A stretch of 64,000 bases of DNA from Candidatus Magasanikiibacteriota bacterium (GTDB taxonomy: Bacteria; Patescibacteriota; Patescibacteriia; Magasanikbacterales; GWA2-37-8). Positions 1 through 11,093 of this stretch are shown in pieces; within the stretch, counting starts at the first letter, position 1, and every line of letters begins with the position of its first letter. The translations under genes and the position numbers were made by a program. The stretch lies in contig CAWDHY010000001.1 in the NCBI GenBank assembly GCA_963802255.1, positions 491,842-555,841 of the forward strand. Reading direction: 5' to 3'. The notes under the pieces are model-generated. The model searched no databases and had not been told where the DNA came from. It saw only the letters and a list, made by a program, of their open reading frames with translations.

Positions 1-362
1 CGTATAAGCAGCCAGGCATCTGTTTGGGTGAGTAATTTAAAATGATTCGGTAGGCCGATATTTAGGCCGTATTGTTCAAGAAGCCGCTGACAAAAAGCGT
101 GAAATGTTGAAATGTGCATATCCAGATAACCGACATCCATTATCTCATCAACTCTATCCTGCATTTCCGCTGCCGCTTTTTCGTTAAACGTCAATGCCAA
201 TATTTCATCCGGCTTTGCCAATTTATTATCAATTAAATATTTGATTTTTTGCGTAATAACCGTTGTCTTTCCTGTGCCAGCACCGGCGACAATAATAAGA
301 GGCCCATTGATATATTCAATAGCTTTTTTTTGATTGGCATTTAACATTATTTTTTCAGACAT
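1..362 (-). CDS. UvrD/PcrA-like superfamily I DNA helicase, N-terminal fragment (runs off window start)
   Basis: Reverse-strand translation from ATG at 360-362 reads 'MSEKIMLNANQKKAIEYINGPLIIVAGAGTGKTTVITQKIKYLI...'. It has a Walker A motif 'GAGTGKT' and 'ALTFNEKAA', typical of the UvrD/Rep/PcrA N-terminus. Confidence 0.7.
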   Translation of the reverse strand, partial: MSEKIMLNANQKKAIEYINGPLIIVAGAGTGKTTVITQKIKYLIDNKLAKPDEILALTFNEKAAAEMQDRVDEIMDVGYLDMHISTFHAFCQRLLEQYGLNIGLPNHFKLLTQTDAWLLI

Positions 363-964
363 ATTTTTTGATGGCCGTCTTTGCCGCTGGCGACAATTAA
401 TGCGTGATATTCCTGAAATAATTTTGTTGATTTCCGCAGTTTTGACTGAAAATATTTTTGGTAATCTTCATATGAAGAAAAACTGCAATTCATTCGTTCG
501 CAAAGACGTTTTGTGTAAGCGTCAATGACAAATATAGGCATATTACCGGCGTATAGAAGAATTGAATCGGCGGTTTCCGGTCCTATCCCCCAGACCGATA
601 ATAATTTTTCACGGGCATTAGCAAGTTGTTTACTGAATAAATTTTCAATACGGCCATTTAAGTCAGTGTCAATCCATTTACAAAAAAATTTTAGTTTTTT
701 GGATTTTTGCCTGTAATAACCAGTCGGACGAAGACACTTTTGAAGTTTAGATTCCGGACATTTAATAATTGCTTTAGCGCTCAGCAATTTATTTTCGTTA
801 AGACAAGCCAGCGCCTTTTCCACATTTTTCCACGATGTATTTTGGGTTAGTATGGCACCGACTGAAATTTCAAAGGCGGAATTATCCTTGCTATATTTAA
901 CAGGCCACCATTTTTGCGTTCCATAAATTTGATGCAGTTTCTTGTAAATACCAAAAATATCCAT
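347..964 (-). CDS. HhH-GPD superfamily base-excision DNA glycosylase (endonuclease III-like, no C-terminal 4Cys Fe-S motif)
   Basis: 205 aa. It has a helix-hairpin-helix motif 'LLSVWGIGPETADSILLYA' followed by a catalytic Asp region. The C-terminus lacks the Cx6Cx2Cx5C cluster of canonical Nth. Confidence 0.6.
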   Translation of the reverse strand: MDIFGIYKKLHQIYGTQKWWPVKYSKDNSAFEISVGAILTQNTSWKNVEKALACLNENKLLSAKAIIKCPESKLQKCLRPTGYYRQKSKKLKFFCKWIDTDLNGRIENLFSKQLANAREKLLSVWGIGPETADSILLYAGNMPIFVIDAYTKRLCERMNCSFSSYEDYQKYFQSKLRKSTKLFQEYHALIVASGKDGHQKICLKK

Positions 965-1000
965 ATAAATGGATTACCAATCTAATTGATATAAAAAATG

Positions 1001-1141
1001 CTATACAATTTCTTCCTCAGCGTCATTCTTGTTACAGCCGCATTCGCAGGCTTCGTCGCAGTTGCACCCGTCAGTACATTTGCATTCAGGGCCGCAATCG
1101 CAGCCTGGTCCGCAGTCGCACTGTTTTGTTTCTTCGTCCAT
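1001..1141 (-). CDS. small Cys-rich protein, metallothionein-like (46 aa; not in supplied ORF track because <60 aa)
   Basis: Reverse strand ATG at 1141..1139 to TAG at 1003..1001 gives 'MDEETKQCDCGPGCDCGPECKCTDGCNCDEACECGCNKNDAEEEIV', with 12 Cys in 46 aa arranged as CxC/CxxxC repeats. It lies between the atpC terminator and the glycosylase gene. Confidence 0.35.
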   Translation of the reverse strand: MDEETKQCDCGPGCDCGPECKCTDGCNCDEACECGCNKNDAEEEIV

Positions 1142-1195
1142 AAATAATTATCAGGTCCATAAAATTGGACTATGCTTAACAGTATATCAAAAAGA

Positions 1196-1223
1196 AAAAC
1201 CCGGGACAATACCCGGGTTTTTC
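1196..1223. terminator. bidirectional rho-independent terminator downstream of atpC
   Basis: 'aaaaaCCCGGGacaataCCCGGGttttt': perfect 6-bp GC stem with an A-run upstream and a T-run downstream. Confidence 0.7.
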
Positions 1224-1229
1224 TTGTAT

Positions 1230-1652
1230 TTAAGACCGTATTTTTCTGTATTTATTTCCAACTTTTAGACGAAGTAATGCCCTATTCAGTGTCGCCTGCA
1301 AAGCGGCATATTCCACACCATCCAACTTGCGCTCTTCATTCATGGTTTTTAGAGCAAGTTCTTTGGCTGCTTCAGCTTCATCAATATTAATCTCTTCGGC
1401 GCGTTCAGCTGCGTCGGCCAATATGACAATTGAATTATCCGAACGAATTTCCGCAAAACCGCCGGACACGGCCATTGAAAATTCCTGGTCATTTTTTTTA
1501 CAGGTTAATTCACCCGGTTCAAGGATAGATACCAATGGAATATGGTGTGGCAAAATTGTAATTTCTCCCTCTTTTGTATTCATTGTCACCTGGTCAATTT
1601 CATCGGAAAAAATTACTCTTTCAGGTGTAATAATTTGAAATTTTAATGGCAT
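1230..1652 (-). CDS. atpC: F0F1 ATP synthase subunit epsilon
   Basis: 140 aa, last gene of the atp operon. N-terminal beta-sandwich and C-terminal helical region typical of epsilon. Confidence 0.85.
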   Translation of the reverse strand: MPLKFQIITPERVIFSDEIDQVTMNTKEGEITILPHHIPLVSILEPGELTCKKNDQEFSMAVSGGFAEIRSDNSIVILADAAERAEEINIDEAEAAKELALKTMNEERKLDGVEYAALQATLNRALLRLKVGNKYRKIRS

Positions 1653-1657
1653 ATTTA

Positions 1658-3938
<2,281 letters not shown>

Positions 3939-3943
3939 AGCAA

Positions 3944-5434
3944 TTATTTTTTAGAAAACTCCCCACAGGCCTCTTTCAGCTCTTTTTCAATTTCTTTATC
4001 CCAGCTACCACCACTAATTTTTCCGAGTAGCAGGGATTTTGTGCGGTCAATAAATTCATGAAATTTTGTCTCCCAATCACGCATATTTTTAATATCAATG
4101 CCGTCGGCAAAACCGTTTGAAACGGCAAAAATAACCGCCACCTGATTGGCGACCGGCATAGGCTGGTATTGGGGCTGTTTTAGAATTTCAACTAAACGCT
4201 GACCAAGACTGATTTGTTTTTTTGTTTCGGGATCAAGGTCACTGGCGAACTGCGCAAACGCCTCCAATTCACGAAATTGAGCCATTGATAGTTTTAGTTT
4301 TCCGGCAACTTTTTTCATCGGCTTTATCTGAGCGGCTGAACCGACTCTTGAAACCGATAGCCCGACATTTAAAGCCGGCCTGATACCGCGATAAAAAAGG
4401 TCTGATTCAAGATAAATTTGTCCATCGGTAATTGATATGACATTCGTCGGGATATATGCGGTCACATCTCCGGACTGCGTTTCAATGATTGGAAGAGCGG
4501 TAATTGACCCACCCCCGGCTTCCTTATTGCGTCTGCAGGCCCTCTCTAAAAGTCGTGAGTGAAGATAAAACACATCGCCGGGATATGCTTCACGACCGGG
4601 TGGACGGCGAAGAAGCAGTGATATTTCGCGATATGCCCACGCCTGTTTGGAAAGATCGTCATAGATGCAAAGCACATCTTTTCCTTTATCCATAAAATAT
4701 TCCGCCATGGCAACGCCAGCATAAGGCGCAATATACAAAGTTGAAGCCGGATCAGAAGCCCCGGCGACAACAACAATCGTATAATCCATCGCCCCGGTTT
4801 CTTTTAATTTTGCTACTATGCGGGCTATTTTAGATTCCTTTTGGCCAATTGCGACGTAAACGCAAATCATATCATGGCCTTTTTGATTAATAATGGTATC
4901 AATCGCCAGTGCTGTCTTACCGGTCTGCCGGTCGCCGATTATAAGTTCGCGCTGTCCCCGGCCTATTGGGATCATCGCATCAATCGGCTTGATTCCCGTT
5001 TGTACCGGTTGTGAAACTGGCTCTCTGGTCATAACACCGGGCGCAATTTTTTCAATCGGATAAAATGTTTTGGTTTTAATGTCAGCACCGCCGTCAATCG
5101 GTTGTCCTAGAGGATTAACGACCCGCCCGATAAGTTCTTCGCCAACCGGTACGGATAAAATTCTTCCGGTTCGTTTAACCGTATCCCCTTCTTTTAAATG
5201 CTTGTATTCGCTCAGCAAAACAGCACCGATTGTTTCGTCTTCCAAATTTAAGGCAACGCCAAAGGTATCGCCGGGAAATTCAAGCATTTCGTTTGATTGA
5301 CATTTTGTCAGGCCTGACATGCGCGCGATACCGTCTCCCACCTCTACGATGGTGCCCGTCTCAACGGTTTCGACCTGTTTTTCATATGCAGAAATATTTT
5401 TTCGAAGCTCCTCAACAATTGAGTTTATAGACAT
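3944..5434 (-). CDS. atpA: F0F1 ATP synthase subunit alpha
   Basis: 496 aa. Walker A 'GDRQTGKTA'. Conserved alpha-subunit core. Confidence 0.9.
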   Translation of the reverse strand: MSINSIVEELRKNISAYEKQVETVETGTIVEVGDGIARMSGLTKCQSNEMLEFPGDTFGVALNLEDETIGAVLLSEYKHLKEGDTVKRTGRILSVPVGEELIGRVVNPLGQPIDGGADIKTKTFYPIEKIAPGVMTREPVSQPVQTGIKPIDAMIPIGRGQRELIIGDRQTGKTALAIDTIINQKGHDMICVYVAIGQKESKIARIVAKLKETGAMDYTIVVVAGASDPASTLYIAPYAGVAMAEYFMDKGKDVLCIYDDLSKQAWAYREISLLLRRPPGREAYPGDVFYLHSRLLERACRRNKEAGGGSITALPIIETQSGDVTAYIPTNVISITDGQIYLESDLFYRGIRPALNVGLSVSRVGSAAQIKPMKKVAGKLKLSMAQFRELEAFAQFASDLDPETKKQISLGQRLVEILKQPQYQPMPVANQVAVIFAVSNGFADGIDIKNMRDWETKFHEFIDRTKSLLLGKISGGSWDKEIEKELKEACGEFSKK

Positions 5435-5438
5435 AAAT

Positions 5439-5825
5439 TTACACTAAAGATTGTTCAAATTTATTTAGCTGAGTTTTTAAACTTGCATCCATGATTTTGT
5501 CCTGCGTTTTAATTATTATTCCACCGATTAAAGAAGAATTGATTTTCGTTTTTAGTTCCACTTTATCACCAAAAAGTTTTTTAACTGATTCAATTGTTTT
5601 TTCAGAAAGAGGGCGCGCTGAAATTACTTCTAAAAATTCAACACCCTGCTGCTGTTTTGAATATTTGACGAAATTTTCAATAATCAGCCCTGTTTTCTTT
5701 AACATTCTTTTGCGAGCGAGCAACGCGGAAAAATTTTTAATAATTATACTCAGGTCATCTCCTTTTTTATCCTTCGTTGCCTGCCATAGTGCGACAGACA
5801 GTTGTTTTGGTGTTAATTTTGCCAT
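5439..5825 (-). CDS. atpH: F0F1 ATP synthase subunit delta (OSCP)
   Basis: 128 aa, immediately upstream of atpA. Typical short CPR-like delta. Confidence 0.7.
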   Translation of the reverse strand: MAKLTPKQLSVALWQATKDKKGDDLSIIIKNFSALLARKRMLKKTGLIIENFVKYSKQQQGVEFLEVISARPLSEKTIESVKKLFGDKVELKTKINSSLIGGIIIKTQDKIMDASLKTQLNKFEQSLV

Positions 5826-5827
5826 AA

Positions 5828-6397
5828 CTATTTGTTCAGTTGAGACAAGGCGTCGGTAATCAATTTTTTATCTTTATTGTCATCAATTTTTTCATCAAGA
5901 ATTTTTTCCAGTGCGGCGGTGACCAAAGTTGCCGTTTCCTTTTTCAATTCTGAAATCATTTCACTTTTTTCAGCCGCAATATTATTTTTAGCCTGTTCAA
6001 CCAAAACATTGACGTCGTTTTTTGTTTTTATTTTTGCTTCGTCCGCGATTATGTCAGCTTCAATTTTTGTTTTTTCCAGTAAAGCATTTGCTTCAGCTTT
6101 TGCCACTTCCATGCGGTCCTGATAATTTTTTTCACCCAATTTTAACATCTCCTCAATTTTTTTTGAGTTATCAATGCTTTCATTGATAATATTCTGCCTT
6201 TCCGCCAATTTTTTACTGAGTGGTTTGAGAATTAAAAACCATAGAATCAAAAATACAATGGCAAAATTCATCAGCTGAAAAGCAAACAATGTTCCGTTGA
6301 TGCCCAGGGAGCTGAGGATTCCTCCGTCAACAGATGAAGATGTCTCCGTCACCTCATCATGCGTTTCAACGGCATAAGCCGCTTCTAATATTTGCAT
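5828..6397 (-). CDS. atpF: F0F1 ATP synthase subunit b
   Basis: 189 aa. Single N-terminal TM helix then a long charged coiled-coil ('...KKLAERQNIINESIDNSKKIEEMLKLGEKNYQDRMEVAKAEANALLEK'). Confidence 0.8.
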   Translation of the reverse strand: MQILEAAYAVETHDEVTETSSSVDGGILSSLGINGTLFAFQLMNFAIVFLILWFLILKPLSKKLAERQNIINESIDNSKKIEEMLKLGEKNYQDRMEVAKAEANALLEKTKIEADIIADEAKIKTKNDVNVLVEQAKNNIAAEKSEMISELKKETATLVTAALEKILDEKIDDNKDKKLITDALSQLNK

Positions 6398-6423
6398 AAA
6401 TAATATTTAAAAAAATTTTAGTC

Positions 6424-6446
6424 AACCGGCCGGAAAATCGGCCGGT
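6424..6446 (-). promoter_or_regulatory. intra-operon stem-loop between atpE and atpF
   Basis: 'ACCGGCCGgaaaatCGGCCGGT', an 8-bp GC stem in the 57-nt atpE-atpF spacer. Plausibly a processing/stability or partial attenuator element that uncouples c-subunit from b-subunit expression. Confidence 0.4.
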
Positions 6447-6454
6447 CTCAAAAA

Positions 6455-6691
<237 letters not shown>

Positions 6692-6715
6692 TTAGTTAAT
6701 CTAAATTAAATTATT

Positions 6716-7492
6716 TTAATGTTCTTCGGCGACATGTGGTTTGGTTGTTGCGATAGTAAGGTATACCAATGTTAAAATCGCGAATACGCCCGCCTGAATC
6801 AAACCAACCAATATTTCCAGAAACATAAATGGCGTCGGCACCAAAAAAGCCACCAGACTGCTCATAACCGTAATCAGGATTTCGCCGGCAAATATATTGC
6901 CAAATAGCCGGAAAGAAAGCGATAGGACTTTCGCCAATTCTGATATTACTTCCAATAATCCCACAAATAATTCTATTATCGCTGAAAAAATAGCCAGCGG
7001 ACCTTTTTTTATACTGAAAATCAACTGTTTAATTTGAATAAATTTGCCGATGTAGGTAAAAAATCCAACCGCAATTAGGCCCCATACGTGCGATGTTATC
7101 AGCGCGACAAGTGTCATACCAAAAACCAGATTCAGGTCTGTATTTGCCGGACGAAGAAGCATTTTATGTTCATAAGTAATACTCCCTGTTCCCGGTAGCA
7201 GGCCAAGCCAATTTGATAGTAGTATGAAAAAAAATGCTGAACCGACTAACGGCAAGAATTTTAGCGTTTTTTTTCTGTCTCCGGTCACTTGGTCAAAAAA
7301 ACCCAGCAACGTTTCAAGAATAAATTCAAAAGTATTCTGAAACTTACCGGGACGCAATGAAATTTTGCGTTTTATGATAATGCCAATAATAAGAAAAATA
7401 ATTATTGCAAGCCATGCATTGATTACAGTATTTGTTATGGGTAATGGCCCCAGATAAAAGAGAATATCCGGCGCTATCGTTGGTATGTGCAT
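6716..7492 (-). CDS. atpB: F0F1 ATP synthase subunit a
   Basis: 258 aa polytopic membrane protein. Has the conserved Arg-containing helix ('...LSLSFRLFGNIFAGE'). Confidence 0.85.
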   Translation of the reverse strand: MHIPTIAPDILFYLGPLPITNTVINAWLAIIIFLIIGIIIKRKISLRPGKFQNTFEFILETLLGFFDQVTGDRKKTLKFLPLVGSAFFFILLSNWLGLLPGTGSITYEHKMLLRPANTDLNLVFGMTLVALITSHVWGLIAVGFFTYIGKFIQIKQLIFSIKKGPLAIFSAIIELFVGLLEVISELAKVLSLSFRLFGNIFAGEILITVMSSLVAFLVPTPFMFLEILVGLIQAGVFAILTLVYLTIATTKPHVAEEH

Positions 7493-7494
7493 AA

Positions 7495-7827
7495 TTATTT
7501 ATCCATATCGTCGTATTCTTTTCCGTATCGTTTCGCTTTTTCAATGATAATTTTGACGGATATAAGAAATGCGTTTAAAAGAAACAAAATTATAAATAAA
7601 GGATTTGTTCCGTACTTTTCATCGACATACTGACCCGCCAATGCGGCTAAAACCGCCGGAACCGCAATGCTAAAACCCATGTCAAGCATGATCTTTACGC
7701 CGAGCGCGTAGTAGCTATTATTGCTGGATTGTTTTTTTGGCTTATCTTGCATATAAATTGACGCCAATATTTTATACAAATACCCTTGCAAAGTCAAGGG
7801 TATTTTTAATTTTTTTGGGGATAACAC
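7495..7827 (-). CDS. putative ATP synthase protein I / AtpZ-like small membrane protein
   Basis: Small two-TM protein directly upstream of atpB, the usual position of atpI/atpZ. The true start may be the internal Met 'MQDKPKK'. Confidence 0.35.
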   Translation of the reverse strand: MLSPKKLKIPLTLQGYLYKILASIYMQDKPKKQSSNNSYYALGVKIMLDMGFSIAVPAVLAALAGQYVDEKYGTNPLFIILFLLNAFLISVKIIIEKAKRYGKEYDDMDK

Positions 7828-7881
7828 CGGTTATCGAGACGATAATTCTCAGTGAAGTAAGGTTTTGTAGGGAAATTTTGG

Positions 7882-8727
7882 TTAGATTTCGATTTTATTA
7901 AATAATTTAAGAGCGTTTCGGCCGGTTTGGTCGACAACTTCTTCAACTGCCATACCCTTTAGTTCAGCCACCTTTTTTGCCACCTCTTCAACCATCCAAG
8001 GTTCGCAGCGTTTTCCGCGATATGCCTGTGGTGCCAGATATGGCGCGTCTGTCTCGATTAAAATCCTATCAATAGGGCAATTTTTTACCACTTCAATAAG
8101 GTCATCCTGAGTTTTGGGGTCGGTTTTTTTTGGTGGAAAGGTAATTACACCGGTAAACCCCAGATATAACCCTGCATCCAGATATTCTTTGGCATAATCC
8201 CAGCCGGAAGTGTAGCAATGGACCACTCCGCGCGGGGTGGGTTTAAGCGACCGCAACAGGTCAATCATTTGTCTGTGCGCGTCGCGCACATGGATTACCA
8301 TCGGCAGGTTGAGTTTTTGTGCCAGCTTATATTGTCCGATAAAAGCATCTGTTTGAATTGCCAACGCCTCTGTTTCATCTACACCTTCCGGCAAATGATA
8401 TAATTCAAGCCCGCACTCCCCTATTGCTATAACTTTCGGGTGGGATGCAAGTTTTTCATAAAATTCAAAATTAAATTTTTCTTCACGCGATTTAAATTGA
8501 ATTTCTTCTTCATCAACTTCAGCTGATATCAGATGTATTGGGTGTAAGCCGACCGTAGCGTATGCTTTTTCATATTTTTTGGCGTAGTCCAAAGCACGCT
8601 CACTGGTGTCGCGCTGTGAACCTACAATATTTATAAGCATTCCTTTATCAGCGCATTTATTATAAATAATTTCAGCGTCATCTTTGTAGGCATTGAATTG
8701 CAGATGGCAATGAGTGTCAAATAACAT
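7882..8727 (-). CDS. tatD: TatD family metal-dependent hydrolase (DNase)
   Basis: N-terminus 'MLFDTHCHLQF' (HxH) and later 'VIAIGECGLE', 'IHVRDAH', 'ILIETDAPYLAP' match TatD motifs. Confidence 0.85.
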   Translation of the reverse strand: MLFDTHCHLQFNAYKDDAEIIYNKCADKGMLINIVGSQRDTSERALDYAKKYEKAYATVGLHPIHLISAEVDEEEIQFKSREEKFNFEFYEKLASHPKVIAIGECGLELYHLPEGVDETEALAIQTDAFIGQYKLAQKLNLPMVIHVRDAHRQMIDLLRSLKPTPRGVVHCYTSGWDYAKEYLDAGLYLGFTGVITFPPKKTDPKTQDDLIEVVKNCPIDRILIETDAPYLAPQAYRGKRCEPWMVEEVAKKVAELKGMAVEEVVDQTGRNALKLFNKIEI

Positions 8728-8732
8728 AATAT

Positions 8733-10559
8733 TTATAAATTTATCGTTAGACTTAAATTACTGAATATATTATCACTTAGACGGCAGTCTATTATCCAGT
8801 TGTCAAAGTATTTCATTCTTTCCGCATACGTCATTTGCCGCGGCTGGCTTTTTTCCTGTTGCAGAGGAAATACATATGTCGAAATTGATTTTTCTTTTAA
8901 TACCAGTCCAACCGCCAATCCTTGTTGCGTCGGTAAGGAAAAATATTGATCAAAAATAAAATTTCCGAGTGAATAAAAAATGGGCCTATTGTTGTAGATT
9001 TCCATTTCCTGAACTACGTGAGGGTGGTGCCCGATTATTGCGTCACCGCCGGCGTCAATAAGTTCATGCGCCAGAAAACGCTGTCTGGAATTTGAAATCT
9101 CTTTGTATTCCTGTCCCCAATGAATATTAATCAGCACAAAATCAGCATTGTCATCCCCCTTCTTGATTAAACTTTTTAAGGCCGGCAAATCAACCGGTGA
9201 ATTTGTGTCATTTATGCCGATAAAAGCAATGTTAAAATTGCCGACGTGTTTAATGATGAGTGAATTATTGTCAATTATATATTGGTTACCGTAAACATCA
9301 AATCCTGCGTTTTTTAAATTTTCTGAAGATTCTGCAAATCCGGCTGTTCCCATATCAAAGCTATGGTTATTTGCCTGGCTAAATATTCCAAAATTATATT
9401 TTTTAAGAATCGGAATTAATAATGGGTCAAAGCGAAAAGCAATCTCTTTGCTTGTCGCTCTTCGCGAATTTGCGAATGGTCCTTCCAAATTTGCATGTAT
9501 AAGATCCGCTCCCTTAAAAAACCTATCCTCTTCGCCGGCCAATTTTTCAAATACAAAATCCGCGCCATTTTTGTCGATTTGATTTTTAACGCTTCTGTCG
9601 AGCATTAAATCTCCAAAAAATAATATTGAAGCCGACTTCTCTTCTATGGGATTGCCATCGGCAAAATATGGAGAGTAATAGCTGGTTGTTTCTTCAAACT
9701 CCGGATTGTTCAGTTGCAAATCCGAACTTCCGGTCATTTCATAAACAATCTTACGGGCATTAATTTTTTCCAATGATTTCCAAAGACAATATAAACTTGG
9801 AATGGAATCTATTTCCATTTTATCCAGTCTGGCATAATCAAAATTTCTAACGACTGACCGGTTTAGTTCATCGTGAAATGAGGCAACTGCAGGATTTTGA
9901 TAGTGTGAAAAATCAATTGAAGAAATAAATACTCCATCGTCCGGCACTATTTCTAATAATGTATCAAGCATCTTATCCAAAGATGAAGTCGGAGCATTAT
10001 AAGGGAAAATCAAAGGTACAATTTTTGTTTCCGGCAGATAATTTGCAATAAAACTCACGAGCGCTCCAATTGAATATTCACCCGCCATGGTATTCAGGTC
10101 GTCTTTAGCTGAATTATTCTGATAAAGAGTTGTTAAAATATCTCTTTCGGTTTTTACTCTGCCATATGGTGTATTCCAATCACTAATTGCGGAAATTACC
10201 GATGAATCGCCTTTCTGCAAATGGTTTGGGCCGAAAATGACAATGGTTGAAGGTTTTTGCTTTGATAAATATTTAAAAAGAGTTGCCGGTATATTACCGC
10301 CAACCATATGGTGCGGAACAATTGCTCCGCGAATTTTGCCCAAGTCCTTGTTGATATCAATCGCCTGAATGAATAGTTCATCGTAGAAATTTCTGTCAAA
10401 TGGTATAGCCTGAATTACCGGTTCGTTCGTAAGCACGAATTCGGTTTGTGAAGAAGATGGTGATCCCAACTCTTTATAAGTTGTATTTTCCGGCAACTGA
10501 CTAAATTTACACCCAGGCAGTAAAATAAAGCAGACTGATATCAGTATTAATACGCGCAT
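8733..10559 (-). CDS. fusion lipoprotein: N-terminal Memo-like (AmmeMemoRadiSam system protein B family) domain + C-terminal CapA/PgsA-like metallophosphoesterase domain
   Basis: Signal peptide with lipobox 'ILLPGC'. N-terminal half has 'AIVPHHMVGG...VIFGPNH', 'EYSIGALVSF...IVPLIF', 'SSIDFSHY' (Memo family motifs). C-terminal half has 'ANLEGPF', 'ANNHSFDMG', 'HWGQEY', 'GGDAIIGHHPHV' (CapA/PGA_cap motifs). Confidence 0.6.
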   Translation of the reverse strand: MRVLILISVCFILLPGCKFSQLPENTTYKELGSPSSSQTEFVLTNEPVIQAIPFDRNFYDELFIQAIDINKDLGKIRGAIVPHHMVGGNIPATLFKYLSKQKPSTIVIFGPNHLQKGDSSVISAISDWNTPYGRVKTERDILTTLYQNNSAKDDLNTMAGEYSIGALVSFIANYLPETKIVPLIFPYNAPTSSLDKMLDTLLEIVPDDGVFISSIDFSHYQNPAVASFHDELNRSVVRNFDYARLDKMEIDSIPSLYCLWKSLEKINARKIVYEMTGSSDLQLNNPEFEETTSYYSPYFADGNPIEEKSASILFFGDLMLDRSVKNQIDKNGADFVFEKLAGEEDRFFKGADLIHANLEGPFANSRRATSKEIAFRFDPLLIPILKKYNFGIFSQANNHSFDMGTAGFAESSENLKNAGFDVYGNQYIIDNNSLIIKHVGNFNIAFIGINDTNSPVDLPALKSLIKKGDDNADFVLINIHWGQEYKEISNSRQRFLAHELIDAGGDAIIGHHPHVVQEMEIYNNRPIFYSLGNFIFDQYFSLPTQQGLAVGLVLKEKSISTYVFPLQQEKSQPRQMTYAERMKYFDNWIIDCRLSDNIFSNLSLTINL

Positions 10560-10562
10560 AAT

Positions 10563-11084
10563 TTAAAATAGGCCGATCGTACTTTTAATAATCTTTACTG
10601 CATCGGGAATAAAAGGTTTTAAAATAGAGATTAAACTGTCAAGATGCGGTGCAACTTTTGACGTATCAAGAGCGGACATAAATTTTGCACCCAAAGGAAA
10701 TCTGGAAATAAAATATAATATGATGCCTAAAACCAGCGCGCCCTCAATCAATCCGAAAATAAGACCGAGCATTTTGTTGGCTGAATTAATGAAAGGAAGT
10801 TTAGTAAATATTCCGAGAAATTTATTAATAAGCCAGAAAATAAGACCGACCAGCCTGTTAATGAGAACAAATGAAATAATAAAAACCACGATTTTTGTCA
10901 TATTACTCTCCCAGCCGGTGGCATTCATAATCCATGCGGCCACTGGCGCGTAGAACCTGAAGGCTAGATATACGCCAAGCACAGTGCCGATAAGTGAACC
11001 TATCGTTTGCACTAAACCAAACCATAGTCCGGCTAAGCCGAAACCCGCGATAATCAGTATGAGCGCTATATCAAATAATGACAT
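10563..11084 (-). CDS. cvpA: CvpA family membrane protein (colicin V production protein-like)
   Basis: 173 aa, four TM segments. 'MSLFDIALILIIAGFGLAGLWFGLVQTIGSL' is a typical CvpA N-terminus. Confidence 0.7.
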   Translation of the reverse strand: MSLFDIALILIIAGFGLAGLWFGLVQTIGSLIGTVLGVYLAFRFYAPVAAWIMNATGWESNMTKIVVFIISFVLINRLVGLIFWLINKFLGIFTKLPFINSANKMLGLIFGLIEGALVLGIILYFISRFPLGAKFMSALDTSKVAPHLDSLISILKPFIPDAVKIIKSTIGLF

Positions 11085-11093
11085 AAGAGATAT

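Noticed and set aside
982-1268. ORFs 982..1209(-) and 1029..1268(+)
   Set aside because: Overlap the Cys-rich ORF and terminator in other frames, with low-complexity translation. The metallothionein-like frame is the more credible one.
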